Shown: one piece after another, positions 36,201-45,149 of the stretch
How the letters are laid out: the number at the start of each line of letters is the position of its first letter
How positions within the stretch are numbered: position 1 is the first letter of the stretch
DNA from: a virus
Lineage: Duplodnaviria > Caudoviricetes
Length of the DNA stretch: 47,972 bases
IMG/VR virus record: IMGVR_UViG_3300027690_000149
Location: 1 to 47,972 of that record
Direction: 5' to 3' (one strand)
Notes under the pieces: generated by a model
Told to the model about the DNA's origin: nothing
Seen by the model: the letters and a program-made list of their open reading frames with translations, nothing else
Databases searched by the model: none
Position numbers and translations under genes: made by a program

Positions 36201-37297
36201 ATGAGCAGTGGAAGAAAGTCAACGAAGGATCCAGTTTCGCGTCGGCCGCTCTGAAGTCGATACAAGAAGACTCTAAGGCCGCGTCCACAAAGCTTAGCGA
36301 GATGGCAGATTCGACTACCGAGATCTTTGAGAAGCAGAAGAAGTCAATAGTCTCCCTCAGAGAAGAACTGGACACACTGAAGACCAAGCAGGTCGAGTAT
36401 CTGGATGCCCTAGCGAAGGCAGAGGCCGAGGGCGATACGAAGGCGATCGAGAATTACAGGAACAGACTGGAAGAGACCGCTAACGCGGCCGGGTCTTTAG
36501 CAGAGAAGATTCAGACGCAGACGGATGAGATGTCCGAGTTCTACAAGATCTTCGAGGAAAATGCCGGGAAGACCGGCGAGTTCGGTGATGCGCTGAAGGA
36601 GATCGAACCGGAACTCGAATCATTTGCGTCTTCTCTGAATGAGATCGAGGTCGAATTCGACGAGACCTGGTCGAATATAATCTCGGCATCGAAGAACGGA
36701 GCAGATGCAGTTATAGCAGAATTCAGACGAGCCAGCGATGAGATAGTTGGACACTCTATCGTGCCTGAGATGAAGACAGAGATAATCCGTGAAATGGTAG
36801 AGCTTGCCACCGGAATGAGAGATGAAGCCTCGAGAGGTGCGGCTAACTCATTGGCATCGTTCGCGGATCTTTCTGACGGTCTGAGGGATTATCTCTCACT
36901 CATGCAAAGAGAGGCTTCTTCCTTCTCTATGGACAGCATAACAACGGTCGCGGCCGAATTTCCGGAATACTTCTCGAATCTCTCACATGAAGCGACAAAA
37001 GCCGTGGGAAACATGAAGGAGTTCTACGACCTCCGTTGGCTAGACGACGTCTATAGAGGTACGAATGACAAGACGAGAGATATGTCTTACACCTTCTCGC
37101 AATTACAGAGTCAACTCAGGGACCTTTCCGGTGAGCTGGGCGACTTCATTCCTTCGGGGGCTGATCTGAGCGTCCCTAAGATTGAAAGGAAGAAGGAGTA
37201 CCACATCTTCCTTGACATAAAGAAGGAAGAGTACGCTGACAAAGACGAATTGATACGTAGGATTGCCAGGGAACTGGAACTGGCAGGTGAGATTTGA
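33230..37297 (+). CDS. Tape measure protein (TP901 family)
   Basis: 1355 aa, helical and Ala-rich; FEEEM.NV.A, GEQAGT.FRN.L.RL.AP. Confidence 0.95.
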   Translation: MAAKAEVSIVLRAVNYASEELNKVKQQTQGLREVGAQLQQTGLTMMGWGTAIAAPFGLALKQFIGFEEEMRNVNAVMQGTEEDFQALSKTINDVAMNSSFMTSEIASAAYALASAGKKRVEIEAMIGPVSNLAEAMHSELRPTAELVTDTLDQFGMTAEETARVVDIFATSVGSSPETLERLAYGMRYAGSTAAGFDYSLEETVAALMAFETAGIHGEQAGTTFRNALARLAAPTSQVTEALQKYGLTIDQVNPALHSFVEILETMRRAGVDTTGAYEIFGTEIGGRMAAAISTGVEKIKEFTTTLEDSAGAAERMKEEQLSSLAGQFKLLKSSLESLGNSFAALFKDEVSNAINWIRDLANWLNNLDEGTKKLIVNVAKWGSILLIGAGAVNFLTGTVMKTIASFKNWGAILGSLIKLISGKAAAAGAAGQALTTLSGTAGKTGVSLAGIGSSVGGLGAKLLAFATGPVGITIAAIAGITAGSIALYKVMDDLSKDWFSSDLEKALNQTREAADGTVETMEEVSRKFSTLSSTAENESNRLSGTISGTFMQLQAAVQGFDVINSTVAVKSAMNMQKIAEEAGYTGNAFRDLAKEFSESLTLSSDEVVEKLRRVMDEVDSVALDTEATNKRISTAVEEANQSMVNTTRETQSVLANLSSSYDEAAKSVIEATSQQVRAIDTVQLQAVGSTEAFVTMMETQKTAATEASNEIGLALARVAVSMSEQGKLSKDQVAGINELLDEYARLSEELDTVSEHFGANSSQAMSLKSSLNTLKEEIAELGWSAGESAVRFGNVNEVLQETAKEVEKTGGNINDFLFGSDNLEATNVEVFERVRDQFKGTEKDSIALVNAFQKLTKPAKMFGNEVDVMGVAMADFGVELMKNNVLVTHQTEWLSTLANSIAQTREEYREAVKQYGENSEEATKLKEALQELEVIYGRQGKAAAQSIFDTYGFGETLVYLRENLGLTGEALAKMLGIADSKVLSSDAAAINEQWKKVNEGSSFASAALKSIQEDSKAASTKLSEMADSTTEIFEKQKKSIVSLREELDTLKTKQVEYLDALAKAEAEGDTKAIENYRNRLEETANAAGSLAEKIQTQTDEMSEFYKIFEENAGKTGEFGDALKEIEPELESFASSLNEIEVEFDETWSNIISASKNGADAVIAEFRRASDEIVGHSIVPEMKTEIIREMVELATGMRDEASRGAANSLASFADLSDGLRDYLSLMQREASSFSMDSITTVAAEFPEYFSNLSHEATKAVGNMKEFYDLRWLDDVYRGTNDKTRDMSYTFSQLQSQLRDLSGELGDFIPSGADLSVPKIERKKEYHIFLDIKKEEYADKDELIRRIARELELAGEI

Positions 37298-38685
37298 TGG
37301 CCTTCGTTGAGAATAGATACGTAATCGAAGTGAGAACGAGCGGCGGTTACCTCCTTGTCGATTCGGTGCAGGGCAGCGAGAGAGCCGGCTTAACTCCTTT
37401 CACCGGCTCTTTTCGCTGTCGACTTCCCGATCCCTCGCTAATTTCGAAGGGACAGACAGTGACCCTGGAACTCTGGCACAACTCGAGGCTAGACGGAGGC
37501 TCATTTGTAGAGACTATTGCCGAAGTAGAGATCGAGAGAGTCAGGAAGACTACAAATGCCATGAGCCACGTCACCGTCGAAGCTGAATTCAAAGACAAGC
37601 TTGCCAGGTATCTCGAGCAGGAAACTGACATCCTCATGTTCTCTCTTGATCCCGGTCTTACACCGGCGGGAATGGCCCAGGCTATCTACCTTGGGACTCC
37701 ATATGAAGCGGATGTATCCGCTATTGTAGCTGAAGAAAGCGATATGCGAGCGAGAGACTTTCAGTTCAGTGGCTCTTTGAGAGAAGCGACGATCAAACTC
37801 GAGCGGATCCTGGGTGCAAGGACCCTCATAAACCACTCGTCAAAGACTGTGAGGTTCATTCCCGACTACTATGACGCTTCTTCTGTTATCCTCGATGGCG
37901 TCATGGAGAAGACCGAGATTGAGGCCGGGGACGTTTCCTCCGGGGTAAAGCTCACCGGCTTTCTGAACACGATCCCTCTGGAAAAGGCGCTTGTGAGACA
38001 CTACAACCTTCGGGCCGAGTCCTGGTCAGTGATTCTCACGAAAGAGCTGTACACTACAGAAAGCGATCAACAACGCGTTAAGTACACCGGTAAGTGCAGG
38101 ACCAGCGTGAGAATAGACGAAATAGACAAGATCGATTCCATAAGCACAATAACGTATGGCTTTGACTATATCTCCCTTGATCAACTATACACGGAAGAGG
38201 AGTACGACCTTTTCGAAGAAGAGCCCTCCGGTGATCCTACTTACAAGATGTATCTTGTATGGAGCCCGGAATCAAACGAAGTATCAATTTACCGAACGAT
38301 CATTCTTGACTATGTAGCGGGCTCCTCCTGGGACTGGGGAGAAGCGAGGACGCTGTGGAAGATGAAGAAGTTCTGTGAGAAGTACCTCGGGCTGTATTTG
38401 AGGGGAAATGTGTTCAAGTTCCCGATCGAATTGCAGGTAGGACCGGAACCTAGAGAACATTACAGTACGAACGAGCCGGCTTCTGCAGTCGCGGCATTGA
38501 GACTTGCGAATCTTCTGTATGCGAAGAAGAGTTATCAGAAAGAGACGAAGCTAGAAGTGACGCCGTCTGAATATGTAAGACCCGGAGGGAGAGCAACACT
38601 TGATGGACGTTCATATGTGATCGACGGAATCTCGTTCTCCTCTCACCCGTATGAGGTAAGCCTTTCCCTTCTGGAGGCGATTTGA
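37297..38685 (+). CDS. Tail tip / hub protein (putative)
   Basis: Directly follows the tape measure gene; C-terminal pattern VRPG.R.TL...YVI..I. Confidence 0.5.
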   Translation: MAFVENRYVIEVRTSGGYLLVDSVQGSERAGLTPFTGSFRCRLPDPSLISKGQTVTLELWHNSRLDGGSFVETIAEVEIERVRKTTNAMSHVTVEAEFKDKLARYLEQETDILMFSLDPGLTPAGMAQAIYLGTPYEADVSAIVAEESDMRARDFQFSGSLREATIKLERILGARTLINHSSKTVRFIPDYYDASSVILDGVMEKTEIEAGDVSSGVKLTGFLNTIPLEKALVRHYNLRAESWSVILTKELYTTESDQQRVKYTGKCRTSVRIDEIDKIDSISTITYGFDYISLDQLYTEEEYDLFEEEPSGDPTYKMYLVWSPESNEVSIYRTIILDYVAGSSWDWGEARTLWKMKKFCEKYLGLYLRGNVFKFPIELQVGPEPREHYSTNEPASAVAALRLANLLYAKKSYQKETKLEVTPSEYVRPGGRATLDGRSYVIDGISFSSHPYEVSLSLLEAI

Positions 38686-41600
38686 TGCGAAAGAATGACA
38701 TAGAGAACATCGCGAGGATCCTGAGAAAGAAAGCGTTGGTCAGGACCGGCACGATCGTCGGATTCGAGAATGACGGCAAGGTGGTGCAGGTTCGATTCCA
38801 CGATACGAAGCTCCCTGAAGGACAGTTCGAGAGAAAACTCGTCTGTGAAGGGATAATCGAAGGAAGCATCTTCACACTTATACAACCAAATTTTAGGAGG
38901 CCCGTCTCCGATCTCGTCGATGTGGAGAAGGAAGTCGGAGCGGGCAAATTCAAAGGCTTAATGCTGCCGCTTGTGGGATTCGAGGCCTACCCTGATGGTT
39001 CAGAGAACCCGGATTGCATAATCGGGCTCTTCGAACTCCCTGGAGGTTCCATTTACAAAGAAGTTCTTACGGAAGCGAGCCATGACATCCTTATTCCTGG
39101 GTACGGCACCTTTCCGAGCCAGAAAGTGATAGGGGAAGATGAAATCAGGCGAATAGAACTGCTGCCGTGGTTCGGTCCTCATCGCTTTGGAGATGTCTTG
39201 AGGATCGCTTCTACAAGCAATAAGAACCAAGTTCATACAACTAAGGAGGGTCTTCAGAAGAATGGGATCGCCTTCATAGACAAAGTGATGTCCATTAGAA
39301 CTCCCTCAGATGAATCAATGGAACCATCGAGACTCTTCAAGACTCTTGCCGATTCCACTCTCGTTGTCTCGAACTATGCGGATCCCTTCAGCTTGCCTGT
39401 AACGGACAAACACTTGTTGGCAAACTGGAGCGACATGCTCCTCTTCTGTGAAGGATTGAGCATCTTCGAGTATTTCGAACGCGAGCTGATCTTGGTAGCC
39501 ACTAGATACAGATTTCTTTCGCAGTCGGCAAGACCTGAACACGTATATGCGACAAGAAGCTACAACAAAGCCAGAAGGTTTCTGATAAGGACCGAAGACG
39601 GTCTGTTAATGAGCAGGGAACTTATGCTTCCATGGATACAGAATTCCAGTTCTCCGCCAAACCCTCTCGATCTCACTTACGATCAGAGCAGATTCATGTA
39701 TTACGGTGCCTTGAGAATAAGCAAGATCAGTTATGATCTCTCTGACAATACAGTCAAAATCACCGGTGATCCAATATGGCTAGAAGAACCAACATCTGGC
39801 AGGGCCGCTCTTCTCCCCAGCAACGGGTTTCAAGTTGAGTTTCTTAATGATCCGAAGCTGACGGCTGCTATTCCCAAACTTAACAGATCCGGGGGCTTCT
39901 ATGGGATAGAGAGGACTGTCTCGGCAGATGAATACGAGAATAACAGTCTAGAAGCTTACCAGGCATTTGTGCCGGAGTCTGATCCGTTGCAGGCCCACTT
40001 CAGAATGGGAAGCAGGCCGGAGGTGTGGATCTATTACGAAGGAAGTGTGTCTGCTAAAGAGAGAGTTGCTTACTCTGATCCTGTAATAGTCGAGTATGAC
40101 TGGGAGCTGGGAACTCAGGAGATTCAAGTATTGATTGCCGAAGGCTCTTTCAGGCCATTCTTCATTGTCGATCCGCCAGAGAGATTGGACTCCTTCAAAG
40201 CTCAAGGCGGACTTATACACAACTGGGAAATGACTAGCCTCGTCACCAATCCGGCAATCATTCCGCACATGGAAAGCCTTGACAAGGGTATCGTCTCGTC
40301 ATTCCTAACTCAGGAGGAATACGCACAGGGGGTAAGGCTTAAGAGCGAGGTCACTCTGAAACTGTCAAACATTGATCTTCCAACAAGCTGGCAGAGGTTC
40401 CATGTTACGGCGATCCGCGTTGACAGCTTCAACAAGAGGTCAGACTATTTGTTCGATCCTTACAGCGCCAGATGCCCGTTCTTCACAAAGTCAATTAACG
40501 AAGTCGCGGATATTGGAGACAACTTTCCCGCGATTCTAGCGAAAGTTGGGATAGGTTTTTCTGACTGGAATTTCACTCCACGGGTATTCCTGAACTATGA
40601 GCAGCTATTGAACAGAAAGACTTATTCTCATCCTCTGGACTTGGTTCAGGTGAAAGAAATGTACTTTGCCGGCACCGTAATTGAAGGGAAACCCTACAAG
40701 CTGCCTGGATTCGACATGCTGGACCCGAACGTAACAATGGAGTACAGCTACGGAGAAAGAAGCCACATAGACTACGGCTATGATCCGTCTAGCGGTGGCT
40801 ACGAAGCACCCTCGGACATGTACAAGACAACTACTCCGAGATATGACACAGGCGCTAACGCAACCAACAGGTGGGCTCCGGACGACATAACCCTCGATAT
40901 CGATCATGTGGATGTCTACAAGATAACGGGAGCTTCGTACGACACTTGGACGATGAACTGGAACTGGACTTGGGAAGAGGTGCCGTGCCGATCGATCCCC
41001 GGTTCTGAGATTCAGAAGGTCGAACCATATCCGAATATAATGGTCCCCATTTTAGCAGGTGAAATGACTGAATTGGGAGGTCGCTGGCACCTTCCGAGGC
41101 TTGTGATCTATTACAAAAGACTGAAAGCTGGGGCAGGACTTTCGGCTGTTCCGTTCTTCTACATGAGGTTCAGATCGATTCCTGAAGCCATAGTGGAACT
41201 GCCGCTGGCTGAAGCAGAGAAAGTCATAAGGCCCGAAGACTTCGGCTTATTCCCTCCGTGGGTCGTCCAGCAGCATCTATCAAAGAAACTCGTCCCAAGA
41301 TTCGAACCTATCTACGGGCCTATCGAGTTTCCTGAAACAGACGATTCTCTAATGAATTCGATAAGGACAGAGATGACCGGAATAGTCGGCGCTACTGGAA
41401 TATCCGGGTTCATTGTGAACGGGACTACAAAGCACAGCTTAGAGGCCAGCAATCTCAGCCTCGTTCTAGAGGGTCCTCTCGGAAACGACGAGGCTTTATT
41501 TCTTCCCCTTGAAGAGAGCCCTGATCACCTATATGAATTTTCCAGGGGTGCATACACGAAGTTTGTTGAGAATTATCCCATCACAGGCGAAATGGTTCAG

Positions 41601-41759
41601 CCCAGCACAATGCACACTCAGTTTGCTGAACTCGCGAGTAACGTGAGGATCTCCAGGCTTAGATTAGACAGGGCAAAGCTCATGTTCGACAAATTGATTC
41701 TCAACGATAACCTAACGTCACCGGTAATAAATCCTCCCTACCACAGAACATTGGAGTGA
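38685..41759 (+). CDS. Large tail-associated protein of unknown family
   Basis: ~1024-aa ORF in the tail module; N-terminal short OB-like pattern (RTGTIVG...VQV). Confidence 0.55.
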   Translation: MRKNDIENIARILRKKALVRTGTIVGFENDGKVVQVRFHDTKLPEGQFERKLVCEGIIEGSIFTLIQPNFRRPVSDLVDVEKEVGAGKFKGLMLPLVGFEAYPDGSENPDCIIGLFELPGGSIYKEVLTEASHDILIPGYGTFPSQKVIGEDEIRRIELLPWFGPHRFGDVLRIASTSNKNQVHTTKEGLQKNGIAFIDKVMSIRTPSDESMEPSRLFKTLADSTLVVSNYADPFSLPVTDKHLLANWSDMLLFCEGLSIFEYFERELILVATRYRFLSQSARPEHVYATRSYNKARRFLIRTEDGLLMSRELMLPWIQNSSSPPNPLDLTYDQSRFMYYGALRISKISYDLSDNTVKITGDPIWLEEPTSGRAALLPSNGFQVEFLNDPKLTAAIPKLNRSGGFYGIERTVSADEYENNSLEAYQAFVPESDPLQAHFRMGSRPEVWIYYEGSVSAKERVAYSDPVIVEYDWELGTQEIQVLIAEGSFRPFFIVDPPERLDSFKAQGGLIHNWEMTSLVTNPAIIPHMESLDKGIVSSFLTQEEYAQGVRLKSEVTLKLSNIDLPTSWQRFHVTAIRVDSFNKRSDYLFDPYSARCPFFTKSINEVADIGDNFPAILAKVGIGFSDWNFTPRVFLNYEQLLNRKTYSHPLDLVQVKEMYFAGTVIEGKPYKLPGFDMLDPNVTMEYSYGERSHIDYGYDPSSGGYEAPSDMYKTTTPRYDTGANATNRWAPDDITLDIDHVDVYKITGASYDTWTMNWNWTWEEVPCRSIPGSEIQKVEPYPNIMVPILAGEMTELGGRWHLPRLVIYYKRLKAGAGLSAVPFFYMRFRSIPEAIVELPLAEAEKVIRPEDFGLFPPWVVQQHLSKKLVPRFEPIYGPIEFPETDDSLMNSIRTEMTGIVGATGISGFIVNGTTKHSLEASNLSLVLEGPLGNDEALFLPLEESPDHLYEFSRGAYTKFVENYPITGEMVQPSTMHTQFAELASNVRISRLRLDRAKLMFDKLILNDNLTSPVINPPYHRTLE

Positions 41760-42121
41760 TTAGCGTGTCAATTCCCATCAAGTCAAGGATAAGGTTCATC
41801 CAGAATGGAGCTGAAATGAATGAGTTGACAATGGAAACGGGGCAAGTCCAGCTCGTCGATGTGTTGACGGAAGTCTACTTGAACGACTCTTGGAATGAAT
41901 CTCCCGCAAGCCTAGAGGTTTCAGTGGTCTCCTTCGACGGAGAAGCATTCGAAGAAATGCTAACTTGCTCTACTGAAGAGAATGTCGTCACAGTAGTCTC
42001 TGATCTGCCGATCGGTACCTACTATCTTCAGGTTAGGGCTGTATTCGCTGACGGAGAGGGCTTTATTGGCTATGAAAGAATTCAGCGACTGAAGCTCAAA
42101 GTAACAGTCGACAGGAAGTGA
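41756..42121 (+). CDS. Small Ig-like structural protein
   Basis: LPIGTYYLQVRA motif shared with the next gene. Confidence 0.5.
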   Translation: MISVSIPIKSRIRFIQNGAEMNELTMETGQVQLVDVLTEVYLNDSWNESPASLEVSVVSFDGEAFEEMLTCSTEENVVTVVSDLPIGTYYLQVRAVFADGEGFIGYERIQRLKLKVTVDRK

Positions 42122-42125
42122 TCGA

Positions 42126-43235
42126 ATGGCGATTCCGACATTACTCCACATTGACTATGAGATTCATGAGCCAGACTACTGTAGGGCAAGGATATTTATC
42201 GGCGTAGACGATGAATGGTCAGGCGAACTCTATGGCGATGGCACCTATGCAGCATTGCTTACTGAACTAGAACACGTCCTGCGAATCTCAATGTATTCGA
42301 TCAACGTATATGGTGAAGGACCTTCAGTGTACATTACAAGAGCCACATATGGAGATCTCGATCTACTGGCACAAGGTATAGAGTTCTGGACAAAGGAAGG
42401 AAACGGGACGGTAGAACTCGTTGAAGGCCAGCTGAAGATAACCTCTCCAAAGTCAGAATACACAGACGCAATTGCCACACTGCCCGCGGTTCCGCCTCAG
42501 GACTTTCAAATCTCGTTTGATTGGGAAGTCTCTAGTGAACAAGACTATGACTTTCTGGAAGGATTTTTCGATGAGACTTTGATGTTGAAGAAGAGCGGTC
42601 TGGATTCAGGAGTCATGGCTTTCACGATACCATCCGGTCAAGGATTTACTTTGCGATTCATGTATGTGAAAGATTCGAGTTGGGCAGAAAATGAAGACTG
42701 CGGAAGAGTGGGGAACATCGTTGTGGGAGGAGAGAACTGGCTCGCAAACGGTCTCGAAGGTTGGACTCTTGGTGGCGATGTACTTCCTGTGCTTCTTCCT
42801 GATGGACGTGTAGAGCTTAAGTGCTCAGACGATCAATCTTCATGGATGGAGCGCACTTATGTGCCTCCCCCAGACCAAATGATCACCAACGTCCGGATCA
42901 GGCACATGTCAGACGGTCAACAGATAAGCCAGTTCGCTGTCGAAGCGCTTGACACGTTCTTCATAGATGCTGTTGTGGAAGGGTTTGATTTGGTTACAGG
43001 ATCCTGGATACCAGTAGAGCCGACCCTGGTCGAGGCCAGATTGGAAAGATACGATGAAACCGGGTTGTTTGAGCAAATTTCGGATAGCCAGGTCTTTGCT
43101 CATCCAGACGATTTCTTCCGGCTCCTTCAGAAGTGCAACGCTCCTCCTGGGAACTACTATCTGAAGACCACGGCCACATTCGGAAGTATTACGCAGATTG
43201 AAAGACTGAAGATAAAAGCAAGGGCAAACATCTGA
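42126..43235 (+). CDS. Tail-associated protein with a beta-sandwich domain
   Basis: FDWEVSSEQDYDFL...YVKDSS...ED beta-sandwich pattern; C-terminal Ig-like domain. Confidence 0.55.
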   Translation: MAIPTLLHIDYEIHEPDYCRARIFIGVDDEWSGELYGDGTYAALLTELEHVLRISMYSINVYGEGPSVYITRATYGDLDLLAQGIEFWTKEGNGTVELVEGQLKITSPKSEYTDAIATLPAVPPQDFQISFDWEVSSEQDYDFLEGFFDETLMLKKSGLDSGVMAFTIPSGQGFTLRFMYVKDSSWAENEDCGRVGNIVVGGENWLANGLEGWTLGGDVLPVLLPDGRVELKCSDDQSSWMERTYVPPPDQMITNVRIRHMSDGQQISQFAVEALDTFFIDAVVEGFDLVTGSWIPVEPTLVEARLERYDETGLFEQISDSQVFAHPDDFFRLLQKCNAPPGNYYLKTTATFGSITQIERLKIKARANI

Positions 43236-43258
43236 CCGCCGGAAGGCGGTTTTCTTTT
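43235..43258 (+). terminator. Rho-independent terminator
   Basis: ACCGCC-GGAA-GGCGGT followed by TTTCTTTT. Confidence 0.75.
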
Positions 43259-43270
43259 GGAGGGATATTG

Positions 43271-43951
43271 ATGGCAAGTAACTTCAATTTGACTCTGGAC
43301 ACCACTGGACCTGCGAATCCACAAATCATACTCGAGAGTGGTGCTCAGTATGCCACACAACAGCTGGTCACGGCTGCACTGTCTTGCAGCGATGCAGACA
43401 AGACGGGTTACCAGATAAAGATCTGGGGAGACGTCGATACCAGTTATGACGCAGACGTTCAGGATTCTGAAGTCAATTCCAACTGGATTAGCTGGACTGC
43501 ATCGAAGCAGATAAAGCTGGCTTCGGGAGACGGGTCCAAGACAGTCTATTTCAAGGTACGTGACGATGTATGGAATCAGTCCGGTCAAGCGTCAACAAGC
43601 ATTATTCTGGATACAACCAAGCCGATCGCCACGATCTCCGGTCCAGACGTCAGCAAGATTTCGAAGATCGCTGGAAAGAATGTAGCTTCCTTCTCCTTCT
43701 CGGTAGACACAATTTTCGACGAGTTCAAGGTGAAGGTAGTGAGTTCAACCGGAGCCAGCCATGACACTGGAACGCTGATACCGACTGCAGGTGGTTCGAC
43801 GAACATGAGCGGTAACGAGGGTAACTACCCCGCCGCTACCCCGATAAACTGCCAGATCACCGGTACCGATCTCGAAGCGGCCAGCGCGGGTGACGGACAG
43901 AAGATCATCAAGGTCTTTGTTAAGGATCAGGCTGGTAACTGGTCCGTGTAG
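43271..43951 (+). CDS. Tandem Ig-like domain virion protein
   Basis: LDTTGP/LDTTKP, GDG.K.V...V.D...N repeated twice. Confidence 0.7.
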   Translation: MASNFNLTLDTTGPANPQIILESGAQYATQQLVTAALSCSDADKTGYQIKIWGDVDTSYDADVQDSEVNSNWISWTASKQIKLASGDGSKTVYFKVRDDVWNQSGQASTSIILDTTKPIATISGPDVSKISKIAGKNVASFSFSVDTIFDEFKVKVVSSTGASHDTGTLIPTAGGSTNMSGNEGNYPAATPINCQITGTDLEAASAGDGQKIIKVFVKDQAGNWSV

Positions 43952-43990
43952 TAGAAGCGGAAAAGATCGCCGCACTATTGGAGGGCTGTC

Positions 43991-44800
43991 ATGAATAACT
44001 ACTTCTTTCTTGAACTGGATACAACAGGCCCTCAGATAACTCTCTACGCGCCAGACTACACTGGGCTTGATTACTGCCCTGTAAGGGTCGAGGGCGACGA
44101 GCTGCTTGACTCAACCCTCGACCTTTATGTTGTCGATTCTAAAGGGAATAGGTTTGACGCAATAATAAGCCACTACGGCACATACTACGAAGGATCCATT
44201 CCCTTTCATTCTCTTGCTCCAGGGATTGCGACGATTTACGCAAGAGCACGTGATACAGTCTTCAACCAGTCAAACGTCGCCGAGAAGACAATTCTGATAT
44301 ATGGGCAGGATGAAGTAACGAGTCTCAAGATTGAGACAGCAGAGACAGCGCTAGTGATTCTAGACAAAGAGGGGAGTCTTGAGATAGAGCTAGGCAAATC
44401 TCTTTCTTTCATAGAATCAGACAGCCTGGTTCCAAGGACTCTTTTGGTTATAGGGACATTTCCTGTGCTTTCTCAGATAGGAGCTGCGGAAATTGATGCA
44501 AGGAGTGATCTTATGCAGTATCAGTTCGGGAACACTGTAAAACTCGAAGCCTATTTCAAAGACTTCGACGGGAATCCAGTGGACCCGTCAAACATAAAAC
44601 TTGTCGTGTACGATTCTAAGCTTAATGTCATTGCCACTATACCGGTTACTTCGGAGAACCGCGTGGAGCTGGGTCACTATTTCTACCTTTACACTCTTCC
44701 AAGCGGGACTAATCCGAAAGTAATTCACTATGAGTGGTATGCAGAGATCCAGGGAAGTCCTACCGTCAAGAGAGAGACTCTGAAGCTGGTATTCGTATGA
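43991..44800 (+). CDS. Ig-like domain virion protein
   Basis: LELDTTGP N-terminus; C-terminal FKDFDGNPVDP domain. Confidence 0.65.
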   Translation: MNNYFFLELDTTGPQITLYAPDYTGLDYCPVRVEGDELLDSTLDLYVVDSKGNRFDAIISHYGTYYEGSIPFHSLAPGIATIYARARDTVFNQSNVAEKTILIYGQDEVTSLKIETAETALVILDKEGSLEIELGKSLSFIESDSLVPRTLLVIGTFPVLSQIGAAEIDARSDLMQYQFGNTVKLEAYFKDFDGNPVDPSNIKLVVYDSKLNVIATIPVTSENRVELGHYFYLYTLPSGTNPKVIHYEWYAEIQGSPTVKRETLKLVFV

Positions 44801-45147
44801 TCGATATCAAGAATGTTAGCCGCTTCAAGCTCTCCTACGTTAGCGGCTTTGATAGTGCTATAGTGACATTCGAATCGGATGTAGACATAATTGCATGGCG
44901 AGTAAACCGGCTCGGTACTTCGTGGGATACAGGGGAAGTCCTCGAGGAAGAATCCCTGAACTGGGCTAGAGTTGCCAACAGAACTTGGGATCCCCTTATG
45001 TCTGAATCATGGGGCCAACAGGCCTTCATTGAGGCGGGGATCTCTATTACCGACCAGATAGAGGCCTCCGAACTCCAGACGGGCACTCAGAGAATCAATG
45101 TATACGGTAAAGACAGGAACGGTAACTGGTCATCTTATGGGGGATAG
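44797..45147 (+). CDS. Ig-like virion protein
   Basis: ATGA coupling; INVYGKDRNGNWS similar to the C-terminus of the 43271 protein. Confidence 0.6.
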   Translation: MIDIKNVSRFKLSYVSGFDSAIVTFESDVDIIAWRVNRLGTSWDTGEVLEEESLNWARVANRTWDPLMSESWGQQAFIEAGISITDQIEASELQTGTQRINVYGKDRNGNWSSYGG

Positions 45148-45149
45148 AA

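Noticed and set aside
33979-36810. Long antisense ORFs (up to 312 aa) opposite the tape measure gene, and similar shadow ORFs elsewhere
   Set aside because: Ser-rich mirror frames produced by codon bias; no RBS or motifs.
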